A DNA stretch of 64,000 bases from Octopus sinensis. Lineage: Eukaryota. Position numbers and translations under genes: made by a program. Within the stretch, counting starts at the first letter, position 1. Each line of letters opens with the position of its first letter. Positions 1 to 14,408 of this stretch are shown here, one piece after another. The notes under the pieces are model-generated. The model ran no database searches, had not been told where the DNA came from, and saw only the letters and a list, made by a program, of their open reading frames with translations. The stretch covers positions 47,058,001-47,122,000 of the forward strand of contig NC_042997.1 of assembly GCF_006345805.1 (NCBI RefSeq), given 5' to 3'.

Positions 1-40
1 ATATATATACTTATATACATATATATATATGTACATATAC

Positions 41-85
<45 letters not shown>

Positions 86-434
86 AAGCGAGAAAAAGAG
101 AGAGTGGAAGTGGGAGATAGAAACATTGATATCTGGAGAAAGAAAGAAGGGTAGGGTGAAAGGGGTTGATATACATGCGCATATAGGAGAGACAGAGAGA
201 AAGAAAAGCCGACAGCGGATATGGTCATAATTTTATGCACTTAAATGTGTGTATGCGCGCGCGCGTGTGTTTCTAAATGTGAAGGAAAGCGGTTCTGGAT
301 CCTGTTTACTTGTTTCTGTTGAATTAGACGGCTTTAGATTTCACAGAAACACTGTTTCCGTTATGGATAGGGTATGTCTACAACTGTCAAAATTTACAGC
401 ATAAATCGTCAACAGTCAGAATACTCATACATAC

Positions 435-490
<56 letters not shown>

Positions 491-496
491 TATATA

Positions 497-1524
<1,028 letters not shown>

Positions 1525-1599
1525 ATATTTAATTTAAATTTATTTAATTTAAATTTATTAAATGAAGAAATAATATTACCAACATTACTAGAAGTAGAA

Positions 1600-1760
1600 T
1601 AACCAACACCAAAAGCACTGCAGATCATGCCCACAGAGAGCGCCACCTGCAACAGCTCCATGATCGCTTCAGACAATCCAGCGTGACAGCACGCGAGACG
1701 ATTGGCACTGGACTTTGTCAAATCAACACAAGACTTTACCTTGGGGCTAGCAAGAATCCT
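1600..1760 (+). mobile_element. Tc1-like transposase N-terminal fragment
   Basis: A + frame not in the ORF track reads RERHLQQLHDRFRQSSVTARETIGT. This resembles the Tc1 paired-domain segment (..HLRDRFRTATxTARETPG). Confidence 0.5.
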
Positions 1761-2097
1761 GATCAGCAACAGAGATCTTTTCACCTCCATTTATACAATA
1801 AAGTTTTGAATTCAATTATCACGGACAGAATTTATGTGAAAGACTGGTAATTACAAGCCACGGCAAAATTACCAGGTATGAGTAAGGAAAATTTAAATAA
1901 GTAGAGAGTAATATAAAGACATTACGGAAGATATATTATAAATAATTAAGATGATTTATGAATATATCAATAGCCAAACATGTTATCATAAAATATACAG
2001 AAGATTGAGTAGATAGAGATGAAAACATTTCTATTGCCGGTCGGGATTCATGCTACCACCAAGGTAAAGTCTTGTTTTGACTTCTATCTATAGGGAT

Positions 2098-2161
2098 ATT
2101 TCCCCTGGCGAGGCGAATGGGTCCCTTAAGAGGTCCCTAATGCCGAAATTGCAGTAGGAAA
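2098..2161 (+). ncRNA. Decayed minimal type I hammerhead ribozyme (Penelope-like pLTR type)
   Basis: ATTTCCC-CTGGCGA-GGC...GCC-GAAAT-TGCA-GTA-GGAAAT. Stems I and II are recognisable, but the core has CTGG for CTGA and GAAAT for GAAAC. Confidence 0.45.
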
Positions 2162-2348
2162 TTAACCTGTTATTTTCAAGGTGTGGATTCTATTTGCCAT
2201 GTCGCCCAAAGATAGGTCTTATCACGAGGAGAAATATGAGTGATATCATGTTTTTATAAAGGTTTTGGTTGCTATCTTTAACATGCAAGGGTTTTATAAA
2301 CCTCTTAGATATAATTATGACTTGTTCATAATTATAAACGATTTGCTT

Positions 2349-2388
<40 letters not shown>

Positions 2389-2399
2389 ACCCCTTTCAC

Positions 2400-2815
2400 C
2401 CTACCCTAAATTCAATAATAAATGTGATTTGGATAATGTAGTTTATAAATGTATGGTAACTTTAATTGATGATAATAATACGAATGATTATAATTTAAAC
2501 GCTATCTACATAGGGTCAACTTCGAATAAAATTAAATTAAGGGTGGCTCAACACATGTATTCTTTTAGGAATAGAAATCTAATTAATTCTAAAAGCCTCA
2601 GTAAATATATATGGGAACTTAAATCTAAATGTATTAAATATAAATTAACTTGGGAGATAATTTGTAAGGTAAAATCTTATCGTATTGGTAGTAATTCTTG
2701 TTTATTGTGTACTAATAAATTTAAGGAAATATTATTTAATAATAAATATGTGTTGATTAATTCCGTAGATGAGCGTAAAATTAAATGCAAACATAAATTA
2801 AATTATTTAGTTTAG
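2400..2815 (+). mobile_element. Penelope-like element C-terminal GIY-YIG endonuclease remnant
   Basis: ORF 2429-2815 reads VVYKC...IYIGSTSNKIKLRVAQHMYSF...LSKYIWELK...WEII...CLLC...KCKH, giving VY..YIG, R..QH, CxxC and terminal CxH motifs. It is followed by a long AT-rich 3' region to ~4560 with hammerhead-like relics (CTGATGAG 4168; GCTCGAAACGTT ~4449). Confidence 0.85.
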
Positions 2816-3695
2816 CTAATTTTTCCGTATATATAAAACTCTGTTTTATGTTATTAATTTATTGTAGATATAATTTAAGTAGTATTAGTGTATTGATTAG
2901 CATGATATTATATGTTATATTACAATATTTGAGTATGTTTAAACTTGGATATTTCTCAATAATTAAATAAATATATAAATTTATTAAGATCTATTAACTA
3001 TAGTAATATAAATTAATTCAAATATATTATATATATTTTACGTATTATAATATCAATTATTTGGACTTTAAATTTTCCAGTAAACAGTCAAAGTAAATAG
3101 CTTTGTTCTATTATTCTTTGATTCTAGAAGCTTAAATATATTTCGTCATTTTCATTAATACATTTATTCTATTTTTACACGACGTTTACACGACGTTAAA
3201 TTTCTTATAAACGCTAAGGCCCACGTTTTTACGTTTAAAATACAGTTAAAAAATTTTCTTCGATAAAATAAGTAATGTATTTTTATAACAATATTATTAA
3301 ATTTTGAATTGAATTTTCTTTGATTATTATTGTAAAAATATTACTTTCTATATTGTTATTTGATAATTATTCGTTACGATATGATTATTTATTTACTAAT
3401 AGGTAGGAATTTTATTCGTTATGTAGTGCTGAATTTAAGTAAATACTTTTAATATTAATTGATACTTTGGTTAATTCTATACGTGAGTGTAACATATAAC
3501 CTATATAGAAATTAATTATATAGTAAGTTTAACTAATGTGTATGTATATATTTGAAGCATCTTTCTATTTTCAATTCTTGTAGTCATAGTTTGTAGGAAT
3601 ATTATGTATATAAGTTAGCATGAAGTTTTTTTAGTATATATTACTTAATCAGAATAAGATTTAACTTAGATGTTTATATATATATGTATATATAA

Positions 3696-3739
<44 letters not shown>

Positions 3740-4646
3740 TGTGTGTGTATGTGTGTGTGTGTTGTGTGTGTATGATGTATGTATAGTTTTATATATTTTG
3801 TTTTAATTACTTGTATTTGAATTTTCCAGTAATGATATACTATATTTTGTTATTTTTTCTTCTATAAGCTAAAATATATATTTCATAGATAAAATAAATA
3901 TTTATATCTATTTATTCTAGTTTTATTTATACCACGTCTTTAACGAGATAAATTTATTATTAACAATAAGTCCTATGTATTAAGTTTAAAATTTAGTTAA
4001 CAGAATATATTTGTTAATATATTTCGTATTTTGATTTTAAGAAATATAACTGAAATTTTTTCGATTTTTTTTTGAAAAATTACGTATTTTTATATATATC
4101 TATGTTTTCTTACAAGATAATATACATATATTTATCTAATTATTTTATTATTTTCATCTTGGACCTGATGAGTGACTATATTCTAATTGAATTGATTTAC
4201 TGTTATCAGTTTCAAAAATAGCTAATTACTAATTACATACTATTTATATAATATTTTGCATTTTATTTAGTTCTAGGTTTTATCGTATATTTTTTCCTAA
4301 TGTTATGATTTAATTATATCATTGTTGAATTGCTACATGGTCGTTCTTCTCTAATTAATATACATATATTATGTATAGTGAAATTTGATTTAGTATTGCT
4401 AAATTGAATTTTACCTGTAAGTTTGGTATCAAACTCACTAATACTCCGCTCGAAACGTTAAACCCTCCTTCTTTCTTTCCTTTCCTGAACGTCCAATAAC
4501 ACTATACTTGTTCCACGTCCTCGCGTTGTTGTGTTTTCTCTTTGTGTTTTCACGTTTGGATCAACTATATATATATACATATGTGTGTGTTTGTGTATGT
4601 GTGTATGTATGCACGTATGTATGTATGTATGTATATCCACACACAT

Positions 4647-4703
<57 letters not shown>

Positions 4704-4706
<3 letters not shown>

Positions 4707-5856
4707 TAGCGGCCAAAATTTAAGGATCACTTAGAAAGAATAAACTGCTAACCGAGTTCTTTGTTGTTCAGAAAACTGTTAACGGGCTAACAGTTACCTC
4801 TTATAATGGTACTTTAGTGTAACATTCCTCTGGTAACCTGTGATTAAAAGTAAAGTATTGTGTGCTTACACCAAAAGGGCAAGTCAAATTCTGTGGCAGC
4901 AACTATTGTAGGAAGGTCTACATGGGTTGTGCAACGAATTGTAGCTCGTGTTAAGTCATTAGGATCGACAGATGGTAAACCCCAAACCGGTAGACCGCGT
5001 AAAACTTCACCAAGACAGGGTCGTATTATGGCTAGAATGTCACAGAAGGATAGGTTTAAAAGTGCTACTGAGATATCTCACGAGTTTAGCTCCACTTCCG
5101 ATGACAACATATCGCGCAAAACATTTCTCGGAGCTTTCGAAGTTCTGGGTTGCTTGCTCGGGGACTTGCAAAGAAGCCTCTGATCCCTCTTCGGACAGGA
5201 AACAGTAGTCGCCGGTTCATTTTAGTGATGAATCAAAGTTTAAAATTGTTTGGTTCCGATGGCGGGATGTACGTCCGACGAAGAAGTAGTGAAAGGTCAT
5301 CTCGTGCATGTGTGAAGAACACAGTGAAATATAGGGGAGGCAGTGTAATTGCACGGGGAGTGATCTCTGTTGCTGCACCTGGTCCACTTATTCGCTTACA
5401 AGGGACTGTCAATGGTGAAATCTACAAGCAGATTCCTAGACAGCATGCCCTTGCACATCTCCAAACCACGTCAGTTCAACCTCCAATCTTCGTTCAAGAC
5501 AACGCTCCCTGTCACACTGCGAAGCAAGTCAAAGATTGTTTTAGTGATGAAGAGTTTGATCTCATGGACAGGCCACATCAGACCTGTAAGAACGTTTGGA
5601 AGATTATTGGAGATGGGCGCGAAGGAGAAATTCAAAGAACCAAGATGAACTCTGGGAATTATTTAAAAACGAATGGAACAATATTGCGCCATCATTTTGC
5701 AAGAAATTAATTCAGTCCTGTAGTAACAGATGTCAGGAGGTCATTGACAGTAAAAGGATGTTCCCAAAATATTAATATTAAGGGTTTCTCTTTTTTGTTC
5801 TAGTTCCATTTTTCATTGTTTTTCTAAGTGGCCCTTAACTTTTAGCTTTTGCAGTT
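4704..5856 (+). mobile_element. Tc1 (DD34E-type) DNA transposon, near full length, frameshifted
   Basis: Imperfect TIRs: AAAATTTAAGGATCACTTAGAA at left versus TTCTAAGTGGCCCTTAACTTTT at right. Transposase spans ORFs 4860-5183 and 5150-5710, with GRPRKTS, DESKF (alternate frame ~5228) and FVQDNAPCH. The SPDLNPIE region is deleted. Confidence 0.9.
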
Positions 5857-6120
5857 TGGAAGATTATTTGTTTATTTCCTCACAACTTACGAAATATTTG
5901 TAAGGAAAATCAGACAAGGTAGAAAATGCTAAAATAATTTTATCATAAAGGACATTTTAGTACAGATTTCAGTCTTTTCGACATTTTCAACTTGGATTAA
6001 AGTAAGAAAACCAATTAAATTGTGGAAAAATTAAATGAAAAGTTTTTTAAAATATTTTTATAATGATGAAATATGTAAGACATTTTTCTTTCTTTTTTCT
6101 ATCTGTCTGTCTCTCTGTCT

Positions 6121-6167
<47 letters not shown>

Positions 6168-6690
6168 TTACGGAAGGTGCTGGTAATACACAAACAATGT
6201 TTTTTCCCAATCCCACCAGATACGGAACATCATATTTTTCGGATGCTACTCGGTCTTAAGTGATTAAAGCTGGTTCATTTCATTGTATCCAGACCGTGTT
6301 TTGATCCATAACTTTTCCTAACGTTTGAGCGTTCGTTTCGAAAAGGTAACGTTTTATTTTGCCTTTGAGAAAATTGCAAATGGGAATGTTGTCCATTAAT
6401 TGCTTTCCGTTAACATATGAAGCAGCAAAAAAACTAGCCATTCTCGAATCCACGATTTTTAAGGTACCTTCTAAAGTTCACATGAGATATGTGAAGTAAT
6501 TTTGCGATGTATCGTGTCGTATTAATGGATATATTTATATTAGCGTTTCGATTTGGTCGCCCTCTACGACCGTAGGACTGCCGCAACGCTTACGTATATA
6601 TATATGTATTGTATATACATATGTATATGTTCACACATATATATATATAGATATATATATATACATAATGTATTATATATATACATAATG

Positions 6691-6745
<55 letters not shown>

Positions 6746-6805
6746 ATATATTATATATATATATATATTATATATATATATATATAATATATATATATAT
6801 ATATA

Positions 6806-6839
<34 letters not shown>

Positions 6840-7022
6840 CATTATATATATATATAATATTTATGTATATATTTACATATGTATAATATATTTATATGTG
6901 TAAATAGGTATATATATTTTCGCCCGGACATCTGAAACTCGGAGTTTTATTATGGCAACCGAAAGGTTGTCACGTATTAAATTACACAGACACACACGCA
7001 CATACACTCACCCACACACACA

Positions 7023-7096
<74 letters not shown>

Positions 7097-7098
<2 letters not shown>

Positions 7099-7350
7099 CT
7101 TCGATAGGTTTCGGTCAGTATAGTCTCAGGCCACGTCTAAATTATTACCACCACCTGAAGTATGTTATTCTTATACGGGGCACCATGGCCCACTCTAACA
7201 AAGAGTTATTATTGTTGGAGACATATCCGGGTGTAGGATGTTGGTACTGGATATTTTAAAGGAATTTGTAGAGTGAAATTTTGAATTTTATGGGATCCGT
7301 CTCCGTTTTGACGTATTTTGGTATGGTATTAAAGAGAGCCGGACCAGCTG
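7097..7350 (-). mobile_element. 3' end of a CR1/Jockey-group LINE
   Basis: The minus strand reads [55 protein letters not shown], typical of an ORF2 C-terminus. Confidence 0.7.
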
Positions 7351-7407
7351 AGGTAAAGTAATGGTGAAGTAATGTTGCTATATGTCCTGAGTTCAATTTT
7401 TATAGTG

Positions 7408-7485
<78 letters not shown>

Positions 7486-7530
7486 TGTATAATATATATA
7501 TATATATGCATGTATAAATATATATGTATG

Positions 7531-7564
<34 letters not shown>

Positions 7565-7737
7565 CATACATATATATACGTATAGGTATACATATATATA
7601 GAAAGAGAGGAGAATGCGAGAGAAAGGAAAAATATGTATATATATATATATATATATGGGCTAAATAATCATCGGAAATGAACAAATGACATGCAATAGG
7701 AGTTGTAGACAGAAAAGAATTCATATATAACTATATC

Positions 7738-7770
<33 letters not shown>

Positions 7771-7833
7771 TTATATTAATATATATATATGCATGTATAA
7801 ATATATATGTATGTATATATATATATAATATAT

Positions 7834-7880
<47 letters not shown>

Positions 7881-8470
7881 TATATATATGTGTGTATGTG
7901 TGTATGTGCGTGTGTGTGAATGTATATATATATATATGCATATGCATATATCAATGGCAAAGAAAAAAGAATAAATATACGGATAAATACTAAAAACATC
8001 ATAAAACAGATAACTCAAGTATACATCACCATTTCGTGTAGTTGTGTGATCGGAAATAAAATGCCTATAATGTAAAATTGAAATATAATACCATGAAATA
8101 TTGAAACGTAAATTAAGGTCTGAATGAAGGCCATGAAAAGAAAATATAATAAAATATAATACGTAATATAAGTTAACTTTATGAACGGTGGAATTGAAAT
8201 TTTTATTATAAACCTTGAATACGAATATTGTAGAGGAATGTGCCTGCTCTTTATAATGACATATATATTGGAAATGTTGAATATATACTTACATGCATAC
8301 ATCCTTACATATACATGTTAATATATTTATGCATATATTTGAGTATATATATATATGTGTGTATAGTATATATATATATAGTGTATATATATATAGTGTA
8401 TATATGTATAGTATATATGTACTGTATATATATATATATATATATATTATATAATATATGTATATGTATA

Positions 8471-8508
<38 letters not shown>

Positions 8509-9578
8509 AGTGTATATATATATTTATATAGTGTATATATGTATAGTATATATATATATATATATATACATGTATTTATAGATATATATAGACAGACACT
8601 CACGCATACATATATACATTTTTCAATTTATGGGGTTTGTGATGATAGACATTTGTAATATGCAGGAAAAGTTGTATTTTCGTACAGTGAAACTTGTCTG
8701 GGTGACTGTTGATGTACGTACATATGTAGATATGTTGATATCAATAATATAAAATTTCCAATATTGAAAAGTTTTATGTTTTTGTAATAATAAACAGAAG
8801 TTGAAGCATACTCAGGCTGATACACGTCCGTATGTTTACAACTTTCTCTCCCTCTTTCTCTCAATCTCTCTCTTCTATCTACGCCTCTCTCTCTCTCTCT
8901 CCTTGATCTTCCAGTCTCGTTTCTTTCTCTCTCTTTTCGTTTTCTCTCTCGCTTCACTCGCTCTCACAGTCTCTACTTCCACGTACATACGTATGCCTAT
9001 ATAATAATACATACAATAGGTATTAAAACAGAATTCAATAAATTAACTAGAGGTTATATTTATTCGGTGAATTAACTCAATCGTTGCACAGTATTTCACA
9101 CAGTCACGCACGTGAGGTATGTGTTAGTGATCGTCTTTTCTCTGGTTATGTAATCATGGCAGATTTCTGCACCAATGTTTATGTTTAGAAGGGTGTTGGA
9201 GTCAAAATATCCAAGTACACGTAAGCCACACAAACACGGTAAATACCCACATATTTAATAGAAGCTGAACATTTTTGATCGGAGTAATTATTAGACAAAA
9301 CCTACGCCTAGGAGTGTTTCAAATCAGAAAAGAATATACATTAATTGACACAACGTAACCTAAATACGATATGTTGGTCACAATATCTCATCAGTAATGT
9401 TGATGTAATATAGCAAAGACAGAATGAAAAGTGCCTTAGATCTGAAGCTAAATGGTGAAAGCAACGCACATAATTCAGTGATGCATATTCTGCTCAATTG
9501 TCAAAGTACTACTTCTGTATATATGACTACACACATACGTGAATATGTGTGTATATCTGCCTGTGATATAGGCATGCA

Positions 9579-9641
<63 letters not shown>

Positions 9642-10083
9642 TTTTAGGTCCAGTTCTTGTCACATTTTTTTTTGTTTTTACCCCTCTGCAAAAGAATTTA
9701 TTTAATTCATTTTGCAGGAAGGACTACTTCGACCAGATCGTGTTCTGCCCTTACCTTCGAAACACGCATTGAGTCGAAACAGGGGCAGCTGAAGAAGGGG
9801 AATATTCCTTGTATTGTTTGTCTTGTACTCTGTTTTTTCGTTGTTAAAAAGTCCGTTTGCTTGTTTGATTTTATGTTTTGCTTTCTCGTTGTGTTCTACG
9901 TTTATTTGTGGTGTCCTGTACTCATATATGCATGTATATATACATATAGATGTAGGTATGTACATATATGTATGTATGCATACGTTTTATTTATCAAATT
10001 GTTATTATATGATTGAACATTCGCGTCGTTTTCTTTTTCTTCTCCAATTAAGTTTTATATACATTCATACATACATACATACA

Positions 10084-10115
<32 letters not shown>

Positions 10116-10853
10116 CATGCATGAAATGTAACCATACAGATATTGGCGATTGTTTTTCCTTCTTCGGACTTTTTCCTTTCTCCTTTCCGACGAAGAGCCA
10201 TGGTAGGAACGCCAAATTTTCTCTTTTCACCGAGCGTCAAGCTAATATATTCCTTGCGCACTCCTCCTTGTTTCTTAATTTTATTATTCGTGTTTTTGTA
10301 TTGATTGCTTATTTAAACTAGCTATATATATATATATATATATATATATAGATATATATATATATATATATATTCCACACACACACTTATATCAATAATA
10401 GATAACATATGTCTATTGTTTAAAGGCCAGAAGCTGCAGTTTTTTCGTCCGAGAAAAATCCCTTTAAAGATTTATAGTTTTAAAAACACAATATGCATGA
10501 AATCTAGGTGAAACAGAATCGTCCCACAGTTTATCTGGAGAGTGAGGCTGTAGCAATCGTTTGTCTCAAGTATTTAGAGATAATATGTAAACCATGTACA
10601 TGTTTGTAATAGTGCTGCATGACACGAGTACGCAACATTGATAAACCTCAACAACGAAGTAATACGGTGTCTATCGTTCTCGGGATTACTTTTGTGGGTA
10701 TTTCCCTTTGCTAAAATTCTGAAGTAAATTGTGTTTTTAACACAATACGTCTATAAAGGGGTTTCTTTTCAGGACGGAAAACTGCAGATTTTGGTGTTTA
10801 AATAACACATATATGTCAAGTATAGGACATTGGTAATATTTATAATCATAGAA

Positions 10854-11070
10854 TGCGGTGAGCTGACAGAATCGTTAGCACAGCGAGCGAAATGCTTAGT
10901 GGTATTTCGTCTGTCTTCACGTTCTGAGTTTAAATGCCGCCGGCGTCGACTTTGCCTTTCATCCTTCGGGAGTCGATAAATTAAGTACCGGTGAAACACT
11001 GGGGTCGATACAATCGAATTACCTCTACACCAAAATTTCAGACCTTGTGCTTATTGTAGAAAGGAATATT
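10854..11070 (+). mobile_element. tRNA-derived SINE, family B (older copy)
   Basis: Head GCGGTGAGCTGACAGAATCGTTAGCAC and body GTCGACTTTGCCTTTCATCC..GTCGATAAATTAAGTACC, homologous to copies at 28325, 34583 and 35961. Confidence 0.85.
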
Positions 11071-12320
11071 TATATAATAGAGCTACTTCTGTTCCATAAT
11101 TTCAATATTCATAAGCATATATGGCAACAGAATGAAGAATATGCACAGTTCAGTTGTAAAAATTATTGAGCCGTTGTTAGATAAGTTTTATAGGAATCGA
11201 ATCATAGTTGTTATACTCCTTTTAAATATATCATCTTCATATTGAGCACCAGCTAGTTTACACTCTTAAAGGTGTTCAAGGTGAATGAATATTTGACCTT
11301 TTTAAGTATTCTTTTGATACAGTTACAATTTGCAGTTCTCGTGCTTCTTTGAACGAGCTGGTCTGTAGGAAAGCGTTGTCATTAGAATGTCTTTAGAGAC
11401 ACGTTAATGTTCGTTTTGGGCCACTGCAAGTTGATGGATTCGAGAAAAAGATGAGCAATGAGATATTTCTACTAGGATTATATTCTAGGATGGACAGTTA
11501 AGGCTAAGTGGTTAATGCAGAACGTGGAGAAAAGATGTGGTAGAAAAGATGGAGATAACGAGAAACGAGTCTTGTTAATAGGGGGAGCCTGATCAGTAGC
11601 GGTACGTGACCACTGAGCGTCAATGATGAGCAACCACCGTAAATGGGATGCGCATGTACATGTGTACGTGTATGCATGCGCAAGTTTGTGCGTTTGCGTG
11701 TTTGCGCGTCTGTGCGTTTGTGCGCGTGTGTTTGTGCTTGTGTGTGCCTGCGCGTTTGTGTGAGTATGGGTTGGTAAGTTCTCGAAATGCATTTTGCAAT
11801 ATATTGCAATCAATAGCTATAAAATATACATGTTAGGTTCTTGTGATCGTGATCAGTTTATGCATGTCACAATGTCCTTGGCGCATCTTATGATTTATTT
11901 CATGATTTACGACTATGCGTCTATTTATCTATCTGTCCAACTATCTTTACACGCATAAGCAACGCAAATGGAAATACATTTAGGCACACACACACACACA
12001 AACATACACACAAACACACACAGGAAACGAGAGAATGAGGGAGGGAGAAAAACGGTGATACAAAGAGAATGAAAGGGTTTGTAAATAATGAAAGCGTGTT
12101 CGTAATGATATTAACGATGTGTTAATTAGTGTAGATCAAAACTGCATCCAATGAAACGTATCGTCTCTTTAAAGATAAAGTAATAAGACACTGGAATATT
12201 ACAAAATAATGTGTTAAAAATTAGGGTGGGAGGATAAGAGCCTACATAGAATGTATGAACCAAATAACTGATAAGTAGGCATTGCAACGACTGTTATATA
12301 TATATATATATTATATATAT

Positions 12321-12421
<101 letters not shown>

Positions 12422-12487
12422 TGTATTATGTGTTTGTGTGTGTGAACATATTATGTATATATATAATATTAGATTACTAGTGTATTG

Positions 12488-12520
<33 letters not shown>

Positions 12521-13312
12521 CATATATATACACACATATATACATACATACGTACATTCACACATACATACACACATATCTATAGATATAACCATGTGGT
12601 TATATGTGCACTCCCACATACTCGTATGTACGTGTATATTTGTGAATAAATGTATGTATAATGCCATGTGCACCTCATGAATCAATGTATAGAAATATTA
12701 AATTAGAATGCGTGATAAACGACAGTTTAAGTGAATAGGATTTTCTTAAACTCACAAGATATTAAATTAAATTCTCATTTTCAGGCAACTAACTTTAAAT
12801 TCGTTTAACGCTATTGAATACAATTGTCATTTAAAAATGACTCTTTACTTGAAATGAGGTTACCTTACGGACTGGCTGTGAGGAATTACGCAATGACTGA
12901 AATAAGGAACAATCTCAGAATAGTTACTGATTATATTTTGTTGACAATTTAAATGTGAAAGAAGGGAGATAATTGAAAAAAAATCATAAAAAAACGAATA
13001 TAATTACGATATATGCAAAGTAATTGAAATATAATTACGAGATATATGCAAGTCTTCCATCAGAGTTCACGATTTAATCGACCTACCCACTCGCCGAAAT
13101 TGCTGAGGTTCTTATTTTATCGACGCCGAAATGAAGAAAATTAAAACCGCTCTGGGTGGAATTAAAACTCAGAAAGTAAAGATCGACTTTCAATATTTTC
13201 CTGGGTGTGCCAGTGATTCCGCCAGTTCGCCGCCTTTAATATACATTCACGCTGGTTTCCTACTAATATAAGTATACCTTGTATTCATATACTTCTTGCT
13301 TATATGAACATA

Positions 13313-13709
13313 TACTCTTTTACTATTTTACTTGTTTCAGTCATTTGACTGCGGCCATGCTGGAGCACCGCCTTTAGTCGAGCAAATCGATCCCGGGACT
13401 TATTCTTTTGTAAGCCCAGTACTTATTCTATCGGTCTCTTTTTGCCGAACCGCTAATTGACGGGGACGTAAACACACCAGCATCGGTTGTCAAGCAATGC
13501 TAGGGGGACAAACACAGACACACAAACACACACATACATATATATACATATATACGACGGGCTTCTTTCAGTTTCCGTCTACCAAATCCACTCACAAGGC
13601 ATTGGTCGGCCCGGGGCTATAGCAGAAGACACTTGCCCAAGATGCCATGCAGTGGGACTGAACCCGGAACCGTGTGGTTGGTTAGCAAGCTACTTACCAC
13701 ACAGCCACT
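13313..13709 (-). mobile_element. tRNA-derived SINE, family A
   Basis: Reverse complement of AGTGGCTGTGTGGTAAGTAGCTTGCT...GGTTCAGTCCCACTGC...(TA/TG)n...GACTGAAACAAGTAAAA. Confidence 0.92.
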
Positions 13710-13792
13710 ACTTTATATAATAAATTTTAACAGGATTAGATTTGAGGCTACATTAAAACATTAGGCTTCATTTGTGTTGTGTTCATTTACAT

Positions 13793-14054
13793 ATATAGGC
13801 GCAAGAGTGGCATATAGGCGCAGGAGTGGCATATAGGCGCAGGAGTGGCATATAGGCGCAGGAGTGGCAAATAGGCGCAGGAGTGGCTGTGTGGTAAGTA
13901 GCTTGTTCACCAACCACATGGTTCCGGGTTCAGTCCCACTGCGTGGCACCTTGGGCAAGTGTCTTCTGCTATAGCCTCGGGCCGACCAAAGCCTTGTGAG
14001 TGGATTTGGTAGACGGAAACTGAAAGAAGCCCGTCGTATATATGTATATATATG

Positions 14055-14104
<50 letters not shown>

Positions 14105-14320
14105 TGTATCTGTGTTTGTCTCCCTAGCATTTCTTGACAACCGATGCTGGTGTGTTTATGTCCCCGTTACTTAGCGGTTCGGCAAAAGAGACCGATAGAA
14201 TAAGTACTGGGCTTACAAAAGAATAAGTCCCGGGGTCGAGTTGCTCGATTAAAGGCGGTGCTCCAGCATGGCCGCAGTCATATGACTGAAACAAGTAAAA
14301 GAGTAAAAAGAGTAAAGAGA
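13793..14320 (+). mobile_element. tRNA-derived SINE, family A, with 5' head reiterated five times
   Basis: Five 19-bp units ATATAGGCGCAGGAGTGGC (13793-13887) are followed by a full SINE body and a GTAAAAGA tail. Confidence 0.92.
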
Positions 14321-14408
14321 TATAAATGACAAACATTAATAAATGTATTTAGAGGAAGGTAACTGATGCAATAATACTACCTGGAAAGTATTTATTATAC
14401 ACTATAGT

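Noticed and set aside
6950-6975. 8-bp GAAA-tetraloop hairpin TGGCAACC-GAAA-GGTTGTCA
   Set aside because: An isolated short hairpin with no Helitron CTAG end or wider fold.
9700-9810. GAAAC...CTGAAGA as a hammerhead
   Set aside because: The order and spacing do not allow stems I-III to form; probably a decayed pLTR-like repeat.
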